Assembly: GCA_003990765.1 (NCBI GenBank)
Contig: RBNJ01000253.1
Location: 1 to 35,320, forward strand
Direction of reading: 5' to 3'
Length of the DNA stretch: 35,320 nucleotides
Source of the DNA: Jimgerdemannia flammicorona
Lineage: Eukaryota
Position numbers and translations under genes: made by a program. Below, piece by piece: positions 23,937 to 34,749 of this stretch. The notes under the pieces were generated by a model. That model was not told the DNA's origin, did no database searches, and saw only the letters and a program-made list of their open reading frames with translations. Every line of letters begins with the position of its first letter. Positions within the stretch are counted from its first letter, which is position 1.

Positions 23937-25130
23937 ATGAATAGAGAGCTGTACTATAGAATCATCAGCTATCTGGGGCAGCGAAAGATACCCCTGCATC
24001 TGGAAGAATGGACAAAAACAATTATTAGTTGGATATGGAAACAATTCGAAACTGATGGAGAAATACTCAAGAAAGGACAATAATTAGTTATCTCTGAGCA
24101 TCGGAAGAATCAAGTAATGAAAGAAGTACATGAATAAGGCTATATAGGAGGAATAAATACATATAACAAAGCAAGAAGAACCATGTGGTGGTCTGGAATG
24201 GAAGAAGATATCAGACAATTCATCAGAACCTGTGACAAATGCTAGAAATAGAAATAAGACCAATAAAACCAGGCCCCAGGATCAGCACACATAGAACCAG
24301 TACCATTTGTCCACATAGCAATGGATGTAATCGGCCCTCTACCCTTGACCCTGACTGGTAACTGATATATCATTGTCATCATAGACCTTTTTACAAAGTG
24401 GATAGAAGTGGGACCCCTCAAGGAAGCCAATACACAGTCAATCACTGATTTCTTCCACAAGGAAATCATCTGTCAGTTCAAGACCCCAACATAAGTAACT
24501 ACAGATAGAGGAACAGAATTCATGTATCAGTTCTTTGAAGTTCTCTACAAGAAGTATAAGATCCAGCACATTCAGGCCACAGCCTATTACCCCCAAGGAA
24601 ATGAATAAGCAGAAAGGACCAACAAGACCCTCAAGAATGTTATCGCCAAGATCTGTGATAACTATGAAAACTGAGATCACTATCTGCCAATAGCATTATC
24701 TGCTCTCCAAAATATCAGATCACAAAGTACCCACTTTACCCTCCAGGAGATGCTGTTCAGAGAAGAAAGTTCTAGTGGAAGTTTGTCAGCAAATAATGAT
24801 GCAGTCTAGAAGCATGTGGACATAGAGATATGGAGATTATATCAAATTAGAAAAAAGGCAGAGGATTATATAATCAAGGCACAGGCACTACAATGGAGCA
24901 ATGCGGAAAAGATTCACAAGCCCCTGGAGATTATTAAGATAGGAGACAAAGTCCTGATATACCGGAACATGATAGAAGCTTCTTGGTCATGAAAACTGGA
25001 GCCCAAGTAGGAAGGACCTTACCTGGTGCAAGATATAAAAGAGACCACTTTCTGACTACAAAAGCCCTCAGACACAATAATCCCCACCACTATTTACTGA
25101 AACTAACTCAAGAAATATCATGGCCAGTAA
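23937..25130 (+). pseudogene. Element C integrase, separate ORF
   Basis: MNRELYYRIISYL start; CDKC 24231; IAMDVIGP 24315; TDRGTEF; PQGNE*AER; EGPY 25011; single frame throughout. Confidence 0.9.
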
Positions 25131-25581
25131 CCAAAGTACTGCAATGGCACTCAAGAGCACTAGTGCTGCCCAAAGAGCCATCAAGAGACAATGGTGCACC
25201 ACTGAGCCTCCGACCATAGAGGAGTCTTATGACAGTATTCAAAGCATTATGCAGACTCATCTCTCTTGGATCTCATACTTCAAGGCCTATCAGCATTGAA
25301 ACAAATTTCAAGAGTACTTCAAACTTGGCCAAGTACTCAACTAAGACCCAGAAATGACCAAAGAAAATTAGATTGCAGAATGCCAGCTCTCCTATTCCCA
25401 GATCACCATTGCTAAGAGAATCTACAAGCTATTCCAAGAGAATGAACCAGCACTAGCCCACCTGTGAGGAGTGACTCCCTCAGACTTCGACTGAGTCAGG
25501 CGATACCATTGGGAAACAGTAATACAACAAATCGCACAATACAAGACCATACAGACCATTGAAGCCTGGAAGTTTGAATAG
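25120..25581 (+). pseudogene. Element C ORF3 (153 codons, unknown function)
   Basis: MASNQSTAMALK...EYFKLGQVLN*...ITIAKRIYKLFQENEPALAHL*GVTPSDFD*V...AWKFE*. ATG overlaps the integrase end; five internal stops, all transition-revertible. Confidence 0.7.
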
Positions 25582-25608
25582 ATGCTTTAAGGATGAGATC
25601 ATCTATTC

Positions 25609-25617
25609 AGGAGGAAG
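25609..25617 (+). promoter_or_regulatory. Polypurine tract of element C
   Basis: AGGAGGAAG 1 nt before the 3' LTR. Confidence 0.65.
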
Positions 25618-25618
25618 T

Positions 25619-26085
25619 TGTGACAGTATAGCCAGATTCAGAAGAAGGAAATAGGGAACAGACACTTGATTGCACCTAGTCCCAAAGTAGTATAGCTATA
25701 TAGTTAGCAGTCCTCAATTTTGCCACTTGCTAAATATTTCGCAAAGTGTGAAATCGAGCTTCTCGATATAGTATAGCATTTTGCAACTGGCAAAATATTT
25801 CACAAAGTGTTAAATGACTCATAACCTAGCTATGTAACTCAGTAACCATCTCATAGCTAGCAAACTTGTATAAATAACCCAGTATCTTCAAGTGAATAAA
25901 ACCTCAGATTGAAATAGTTCAAAGTAAAGAGATAGCAAAGGAACTAGTAAGCCTGTGGGCAGATATACTTCGAACTCACCCACCCTCCCCTGCAACTCAA
26001 AGGACTCTGAGGAGTCAGAGAAGATCAAGTTTTCAAGATACAGAAATCCAATGTACTTTCAAGAGTAAGTGTCTGCTATGTTACA
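25619..26085 (+). repeat. 3' LTR of element C
   Basis: TGTGAC...TTACA, 467 bp, followed by TSD CTGG. Confidence 0.95.
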
Positions 26086-26568
26086 CTGGATACATTTGAT
26101 ACAATACCAATCTCTGCTACCACAGGAGAACCAGTTATCACCAGCATCTGGACAGAAAGAGAAGTAATCACATCAAGACTCACCAACTATCCAGAATCAG
26201 AAGGAGCTCAACCAGAAGGCAGTACAGTCCAAAATCCCCAACCAGATTAACCAGACAATACAGGCAGCCCTGCTAGAGATTTTGAAGAACTTATACAAGA
26301 ACTAGCAGATCTTATCACATGAACCCAAGACCTTACAGCCAGATGTTCCATATCAGTCCCATCAATTTCACTAATAGAACCTTTACCACAACCTCTTGCA
26401 GAGTTGGATATAGCTCCTATAAGAATACCTAGGCTTATTCCACTTCATCTAAGGTCCAGAAAACCATCCTCCAGATACCCAAGCACCCCCATCTCCAGTA
26501 ATAGTTCAGAAAGTGAATCAGAATCAGAATCCGAACCTGAACCAGAATCAGAAGAAAGTGATGACAAA

Positions 26569-29500
26569 ATGGCCACCTCATTGCCAATCTTTGCAGGATA
26601 CCTGGAGGAAGACCCCAGAGAATTCCTTGATAGAATTAAGGAATCACAGCCTTGAGGAATCTCTCAGATGAAAGAAAAATCACCATCTATAAGACTCAGC
26701 TCAGAGAACCAGCCAGAGGAATTTTCTATTGAATAGCAAATAACCCAAATTCAGAACTGGTAAGACAGATATAAGCAGCAATATCTTATGAGCTAGAATA
26801 TGAGGCCAGGGTCCACTGGCTCATTGAAAAGTATGCAGGAAATGAAACCTGCCACAAGGCTCAAGAATCCATCATAGGGATGAAGATGAATCTTGGAGAA
26901 TCACCCAGAGCCTTCTTTATAAGAATTCAGAAGAGAATACATACTGTCGGGTTCAATGCCACTAACCAGGATATCATTGGTCCAATGACCTTCATAAATG
27001 GAATTCCCCCAAACATTGCCCAGTATGTCCACACTCTAGGCATCAGAAGGTCTGAAGAGCAAGTAGATGCAGCTTAAGGATTCTTTGATATCAGACAAAG
27101 AACTACCTGGAGTGATCATGATAAGAAAGAAGATAAAGAAGACATCCTGGTCAAAGCCCTACAAGGGCTCCTTCAAGGACAAGAAAGATCCAAAGAAAGA
27201 AGGTCAGCCAAGAAAGGAAAGGAGGACAGAAGTGAAATCTAAGACCTTAGCTCCAAGTTGGACTGATTGGTTGGACAAATTGAAAAACTCACTACATGCA
27301 AAAACCAGGGCTACCAAGACAACAGAGGATACCCACCACAGAGGAGCCAAGGTTATCCACAAAGAGATAACAGGAATTATTAGCAAGAAGAAAGAAGATA
27401 TCCTATCCAAGATAGAGCCCAAGTCCAATGCTTTCACTGTGGACAATTTGGACACTATGCTACTGAATGTGACAATAAAGAAGTAACTAAAGAGACTCAG
27501 AATCATCAAACTGAAGGAATGAGACCTACTACAAAAAGGCTGAAGCTCATCCTGTTGAAGATTTTGAGGAGGCAAGCAATAGTGAAGACTACAGTGATCT
27601 GGATTTGTACCCTACTAAGGTTACTACTCAGAAAACAGTCTATCCAGCAGAAAAAAGAAAGAGACCTATAGGAAGGCCATCCAGGAATATCAGTAGAAGA
27701 ATTATCCAAGAGGAGGACAAAGAACATGAAGAGGAGCAGGTAGAAACACTTCTCCAAACCCTCTCATCTTTTGTCTCTGAGACAAATGAGTTGCCACCAG
27801 AGGATGAGGAAATAGAACAAGAATGGGAACCTGTTGCCCCAAAGCTCAAGAAAAAGTATACCCCAAAGATCATGCCTAGAGACATCTACAATGAAGCCTG
27901 GCAGAAGATCCAAGAGACCAAGATGGAAGTCCCTTTCCTGCAGTTCCTGCAACTGACACCAGCTAGAGTCTGAGAATCATCAGGTCTAGCACTGGCCAAG
28001 TTCCAATTATACAGTAAGAACCAGTTTCCATCTCTGTCCAAGTAGCTGAAAGACATGTCAGCATCTACCTATATAGAGACATTGGAGGACAAAAGGCAAA
28101 AATCCTCATAGACACTGGAGCAGCTGTCTGTGTCATTGCCAAATGGTTCCTAGATACCCTCCAATGGCCTATTGATGGACTCTCCAACCTCAGCATCATA
28201 GTAGCAGATGGAGCCCAAACCCAACTCTTTGGAGAAGTATGAAATATCACTATCTCTCTTGGACACATTCAGTTCTCTATCCCAAAAGCTATTGTCACTA
28301 ATGCTGTCACCTATGACATGATTCTTGGCACCAACTGGATGAAGGAAATGAATACAGTTGTTTATATTGGTCAACAAGTACTCAAGTTTGACTACTAAGG
28401 TAAGAAGTACAGAGTTAAGATGACTAGCTATGAGCAATCAAAGAAGAAGAAGCTCACTATTCAGGAAGAATATACCAGTAGTGAGGAGTCTACCACAGAG
28501 GAGAAAGAAGAGTCTGAAGGTGGAAATGATCCCAGACTCAATCCCCAAATTAACCTGGTAGATGACAGACCAGAAGACAATGTGTGGGCCAAGAACACCA
28601 TTCCTATTACCATCAGAGCCATTTCAGGAGAAATCAAAGGATGCCCTACCTACCTCAAGAGACACAAGTGTCCTGAGCATTCCTCCATGATCATGGGAAC
28701 CAGGAAATCGCCTGGCACAGCCTGCCCAGAGTGCAGAAAAAAGAAGAAGAAGAAATGGAGACATGTTCCAGAAATACCTGCAACTGAAGCTGCAGAAGTA
28801 CAAGCAATTTGGGGTCAAGAATCATCTGAGGAAGAAGAAACTTCTGACCAAGAAGTCCCTGAACAAGAAGCACCTAAAGAAGCAGAGGTCTCTGAACTCA
28901 TTCTCTGGGATGATCCTCACTGGACACCACCTGAAGACAATAATCCTTGGAATACAGAAGAAGGACCCAGTATAATCACCATTATTCCCAAGAAAGAAAC
29001 TTACCAAGAAAAGGCCTTTCAGCTAGGAAGATGTCCACACCAAATGATTTTCCACTCTCCTTAAAACTACTGCTATCAGTGCCATTTACTAGACCAATAG
29101 AAGAGACAGAGACTCCAGAGACCAGAACCCCCAAACATACTTATACAATCAACTATCTTCCAAGAAGTTACCACTAAGTTGCAAAGCTGATTCAGGGGAC
29201 AAGGCTTCTTCACCCAGACAGAAATATATCCCTTGTCTACACTAATACCCACTTATGACCAAGATGGGTACCAATTCCCAAAATAACAAGAGATTAACAA
29301 CCAGTAACATCATTTTCAAGCAATGGGATATTTCAACCATAGAAGATATCCAGATTGCCAAGACTGCAGACATCAGAAGATCCATCTCAGTCATGATGTT
29401 GCAGTTCACACTTTGAAGAGAGGAGATAACTGAAGTCAGATCCGAAAAAGCCAGACCAAAAAGCCAGAAAGAAGGACCCTCAAGATCTACAATTTAGGAG

Positions 29501-32500
29501 AAGACATCCTAGCTCTCATCAGACATACAATCTGCCAAGGATGGGCCAAAGATGCCACCAACTTTATAGAAGCCCTAGACCCTATAGGAAGAAGAGGAAT
29601 CAACTATCTCTAAGACCCCTCTACTGGAGCCAGATGGCCACACCTTAACCTCAGAGCATGGAGGCTCTCTGCTAGTAGAGCTTCAGCCCTAGAACAGCCT
29701 GAACTCAGCAAGAACATTGCCCAATATGCCCTGCTACATCCCAAGGCCAAACCCCCACCCAGAAGATATAGGGTATAATCTTCACAGTCTAGAGGATGAA
29801 TCTATTAAACCTGGAAAGACCTTCATGATCAGAACTAGATTAGCCATACAGCCACTCCAAGGAGCTTACATCTAACTAACCTCAATGTCTGGACTTGCCA
29901 GATAAGGAATAATGGTAGAAGGAGGAACCATTGACCCAGGATATACAGGCAAAATCAAGGTCATTCTATACAACAGTAGTATAGAATGGTACTGAATCAT
30001 TAGAGGACAGAAGATGGCCCAAGCATCATGCTCCTTTCTCTGCTACTTTACCAGTCACAAGGTTTGATAGGCGACCTTCTGAGTCCCCTTTCCCCTATTA
30101 TTACCCCCTCTACCTTGGGTTGGTTTGCTGTACCTGCAAGGGCATGGTGGGAGGAGGGCAACAGTGATGAGTTGCCCCTTTATCAGTGTCGGATTGGTGC
30201 TTCCTCTACTTTTTTGTGGATTCTGGTGCCTTTGGCTACATCTGGGGTATATCCGTTTTGGTGCAGCACCTTCTTCCTTTTGCTGTTGCCAACAAGGTGT
30301 TGTCTCAGTATGTCTCAGGCTATGTATAGAGTCAGCCAACCTTGGGCATCAAGTGCTCAGTGTAGGTTACCTGTAGGTCCTCAGTGCCTGTAGTGGGGCC
30401 CTCTGGCTTTGGCAAGCTTCCCGGTGAGCATGGTTCTGGCATAGGTGACTGCTTTTCAGGTGTTGTTGGGATGGGAGGAGAGATGGCCGTCACAGATACA
30501 TAGGAGGAAGGGTGATAATGGTGAACCAGTAGGGTGCCAGGCTGGGGGCAGTTATTGGGGCTGGGGCAGATACTGCTTCGGTGTGGCCTTTTGATTGGTG
30601 TGGCACAGTTAGGTGGTAGGTGTCACTATCAGCTTCTTTTGGCGGTCAGTGAGGTTGGGCCCCAGTCATCAGGGGGGGTCAGGAGGCCCAAGGCTACCCA
30701 TTTAAGGTATCTTGGCTGCACTCAACTGGAACCAGGAGCTGACATGGTAATGTGATCGAGGCCCACAGGCTTGAGTAGTGGGGTATTGGGGGTTTCCTCC
30801 TGCCTCACATGTAAGTCCTTTACTCACCTCAACTGGGAGAACCAGGCCCTACCCACTATGTTGTGCTTTGATGAGGGTTTTTTCTTTACCTATCATTCTC
30901 TTTGGGATGGCAGGGGCTATTCTATTCAGCTTGGGCATGGCCTTGTACATACGTTGGGTTCTCAGGCATGCGCTTTCAGTCATTGGCATATGGTTGGGTT
31001 TCCCCTGATGGTAGGGAGAGCATGGTGCACAGAATAAGGTGTGGGCCTAATCAGCCCTGCTGCGCCTGGCATGGTTGAGCTACTGGACAATAGCTAGCCT
31101 AGGTTAATGGGGGGGCAGTGCTTGGTGGGTGGTGGGGGAGGGTTTTGGCCTATAGTCTAGGTTCCCTTTCAATAAAAATCCGCCAGACATGAGTCCATTA
31201 AAAAAAAAAAAAAAAAAAAAGATGGCCCAAGCAGTCTTCATGAAGGTCAAGACCCCACAATTGCAAGAAGTTTCTGAACTAACTGAAGGAACAAGACAGG
31301 CCAAAGGATTTGAAAGTTCAGATATAAAGGAAGTACACCTCCTTCAAGTCAACTACCTCAAGAGGAATACTCTCTAGCAAGTATATCAGTAACTAGTCAG
31401 ACCATATAAGAATATGATTCTGGAGTCTGGAGAACAAACTATCTTCAAAATCTTTGCACTACCTGACCCCAGAAATCTTTTCTTTAAACCCAAAGAAGAT
31501 ATCCTACACCTGGACATAGAGGGATACACATTCTCTGATAAGATAGATCCAGTACACTCCTGAGCAACCAACCAAAGTTGGGAGACCATCATCTTGCTGA
31601 AAGGAACCATCATAGGACATCTAGTGCCTTTTCTCAACTGAGCTCATAGGGAAGTTTATAAACTAAATATATCAGGAAATGGCAAAAGGTCCCAGAAGAA
31701 AGGAAAGGCCCCTCTGTGATCCAGGAGACAGTGAAGTCTTCTATCAATATTGGAGAAGAATTGATACCCCAACAACAGCAACAACTAGTAGAACTTCTCA
31801 ACAAATATCAAGATATCTTCACCACTGATTATGGTAACCTGCCATATAATCCATCATATCACCATAATATAAATACAGAAAATGCAACACCCATCTAACA
31901 GAAACTCTACAGAATACCCCATCACTTGAAAACATTCAAAAAGGAGTACATTCAAGAACTCTTAGATAATGGGATTATCTAACCCTCTACCAGCCCCTGG
32001 GCTAGCCCTATACTTATTGTACCAAAGAAAGGAAGATGGAGACTCTGTGTGGATTACAGGAAACTCAATTCATTCACTAAAAAGAATGCCTATCCTTTGT
32101 CCAGAATCAATGACCTTTTGGATCAGTTACAAGATGCCAGATACTTCAGCAGTATGGACCTCTTTGTAGGATTCTATGAGATCTCCATAGACCCCAAGGA
32201 CATTCAAAAGACAGCCTTTTTTGCTCTAGGAAAACTGTTTGAGTACCTCTGAATGCCCTTTGGACTCTGCAATATACCCCCCACCTTTCAGAGGATGATT
32301 AACTCAGTCTATGCCCCCTTGATCTACTACTGTCTGATTGTATACATGGACAATTCCAATATCTATTCAGCAAATTTTGAAGAATACCTACACTACCTAG
32401 AGAAATTCTTCAAGCTCACCCACAAGAATCACTTGAAATTGAATGCAAAGAAATGCTACTTTGGGAAACAGAAACTTGAATTCCTTGGATTCATAGTTTC

Positions 32501-33146
32501 GAAGGAAGGAATCCATGCAAACCCAAAGAAAACTGAGAAGATCAACAATTGGCCAATATCCAAGACCCTAAAGGAAATACTATCATTTCTGATACTAGTA
32601 TCCTACTACAGAAGATTTATCAAGGACTTTGCCCAAATCACTGCCCCAATCCGAATCCTTCTCAAGAAAGAAGTGACATTTAAGTGAATGAAATTACAAG
32701 AAATAGCCTTTTAAGAACTTAAGAACTACATGACTATAGTACTAATCCTTATATGCCCCAATCTACAGAAGCCATTCATCTTGAACACAGATGCTTTCAA
32801 AGATGGCCTAGGAGCAGTTCTAGCCCAAGAAGGATCTGACCAGCAACACCATGTGATAGCTTATGCAAGTAGAGCTATTAATCAGCAGCAGATGAACTAT
32901 GGTAGCACCAAACTGGAATATCTTGCAGTCATATGGGTGGTCACCCTGTTCAAGTATTACCTTATCAGAAAAAGATTCACCCTGATCACAGACCATATAG
33001 CCCTCAAATGGTTATTCAACTGTAAGGAACCCACTAAAATCCTAGCCTGCTGGATTCTTATCCTTCAGGATTACAAAATCACCATTATCTACAAAGCAGG
33101 GAAAGCTCACAACAATGTTGATATACTTTCCCACCAGCCCCAATAA
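26569..33146 (+). pseudogene. Element B gag-PR-dUTPase-RT-RNaseH (interrupted at 30026-31218)
   Basis: MATSLPIFAG start; intact knuckle CFHCGQFGHYATEC 27429-27470; protease ILIDTGAAVCV (DTG 28111-28119); dUTPase ~29722-30025 plus 31234-31320 (VEGGTIDPGYTGKI, RQAKGFESS); RT DYRKLN, MPFGL, YMDN 32343; RNaseH NTDAF, TDHIAL. Confidence 0.9.
30026..31218 (+). mobile_element. Poly(A)-tailed retroposed insertion (5'-truncated LINE, SINE-like element or retrocopy)
   Basis: 15-bp TSD AAGATGGCCCAAGCA (30011-30025 and 31219-31233); AATAAA at 31171; poly(A) from 31200; G/T-rich composition unlike the flanks; splits the dUTPase of B. Confidence 0.9.
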
Positions 33147-34207
33147 ACCAGAAAAAGGGTGTCCCAGGGAACTACACCCTAAAGGAAGCTCCTCAGATCA
33201 TTAAGACACAAGATGATCTTATCTGAAAAGAACATCAGAAAGTCCATCAAGGACAGGTGAATATAGAAAAGAAGTTGTGAACAATACACCAACATTGGCC
33301 CAACCTCAGAACATAAGTCCAGGACATACTCAAGAAATGTGACATATGTCAGAAGTATCAAGGAAGGAAGAACTATCAAGCACTATTGCAACCAATCACA
33401 CCACTAGACAACATCTTTCAGAGATGGAGAATAGATGTAATTAGACCTCTACTAGTTACACCAAGAAGAAACAAATATATTCTTATATTTGTAGAACATC
33501 TGACCAAGTGGCCCAAGGCTTTCCCAATGGAAATTGCAGATATCTTAACCATTGTAGGCCTTCTCTATAGACTTACACTCAGATATCGACTCCCAGAAGA
33601 ACTCATCTCTGACCAAGGCACAGAATTCATCAATAATATAATCACAAGTTATGTTCAAATTCACAAGATCTACCTCAAGCAGACCACATCATACCACCCT
33701 CAAACCAATAGCATGACAGAGAGAATGAATCAGACCATTAAGAAAGGACTTGCCCAAGTCAATCCTACCAATTGGGACCTCTGCTTACCCAAGATCCTAT
33801 GGGAAATTTGGAACACCTCTGCTGCCTCCACCAAACAGAAGCCATTTGAAATGATGTTTGCCAAGAAAACCAAAACTGCTGACCACAAGAATCTTGGAGA
33901 CCTCCTCAAGAAGGCAGAACAGTTATGTAATCAAGCCTGAGGTCAGATTATCAAAGCCCAAGAAAGACAGAAGAAGTACTATAACCAAAAACAGAAGGAT
34001 CAGAAGATCAAGATTGGAGATCAAGTACTAGTTTGAAGAAGCATGATTGAAACAAATTTTGCTGCCAAATTGGAACTCAAATGGGAAGGATCTTATCTCA
34101 TATATAATATTAGAGGAACCAGCATCTATTTAAGTATAGATAGATGAACCCTGAGAATACCAGTATACATCAATCACCTCAAACTATATCTCCCCTCTAC
34201 ACCATAA
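33143..34207 (+). pseudogene. Element B integrase, separate ORF
   Basis: HQKVH...CDIC; WRIDVI; SDQGTEF; HPQTNSMTERMN; WEGSY (GPY) 34082. Single frame, -1 relative to RNaseH; start codon ATA (inferred ATG). Confidence 0.85.
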
Positions 34208-34698
34208 GCTAAAGAATTGATCAGTGCCTCCAGACATTGGTCCTCAGCTCCTTCCAGGCCCTACCAGTTCCCTTACCCCAGTTCTGCCAACTTGAAGGAA
34301 CCCCAATACAATTGATCCAGAAGCATCAAGAGAATCTTACCATCATCTATAGATTGTTACAAATCCACCATCTATAGGTCTTCTACAATATCAGACAACT
34401 ACTTCAAGAACAGCTATATATTGAAGGACCAGCTGGCATAACCTGGTGAGAAGCAAGAACTGTCAAATAAATCTACACCTTGTATAAACGAAATGTTGGA
34501 GCCCTGGTGCAGTCTCACTTCTACCTCAATGATATTCACCAGATGAATGAGACCACCTTTCAGAGTATTCTTCAACAAGTAGACATCCTGTTTCCTGAAG
34601 AACAAGAAGAAGATCCAGAGTTAGAATGGAGTGACCCTGGTACAGATAATGAAGATAATGGAATGGGTATAGATACAGAAGCAGCTTATGCTTATTAG
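34204..34698 (+). pseudogene. Element B ORF3 (unknown function)
   Basis: FYNIRQLL...EARTVK*IYTLYKRNVGALVQ aligns with ORF3 of C and A; acidic tail; start ATA (inferred ATG) overlaps the integrase stop. Confidence 0.6.
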
Positions 34699-34749
34699 GA
34701 TGATGACTGAAGAACAGTCTGAGACAGACTATCCTTCAGTCAGAGCTGA

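Larger units (their letters stand above)
19405..26085 (+). mobile_element. Element C: structurally complete 6681-bp Ty3/Gypsy LTR retrotransposon with dUTPase, inserted in the leader of B
   Basis: 467-bp TG...CA LTRs, 4-bp TSD CTGG (19401-19404 and 26086-26089), PBS and PPT. The empty-site homologue is visible in relic D at ~5030. Confidence 0.95.

Noticed and set aside
25011..25130. Chromodomain at the integrase C-terminus (chromovirus)
   Set aside because: Integrase ends ~35-45 residues after the GPY motif in all three elements; no chromodomain motif.
25120..25581. ORF3 as a retroviral-type env
   Set aside because: No signal peptide, furin site or transmembrane helix seen, and it is too short.
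30028..30393. 121-aa plus-strand ORF as the gene of the poly(A) insert
   Set aside because: No recognisable motif; overlapping ORFs in several frames reflect the stop-poor G/T-rich composition.
19986..33146. Recoded stop codons or an alternative genetic code to explain the many in-frame stops
   Set aside because: All three stop types occur at Arg/Gln/Trp positions alongside catalytic-site transitions (e.g. YMDD to YMDN), which hypermutation explains.
6317..34605. Numerous short track ORFs inside the repeat block as independent genes
   Set aside because: They are stop-bounded fragments or antisense/alternative frames of gag, pol and LTR sequence.
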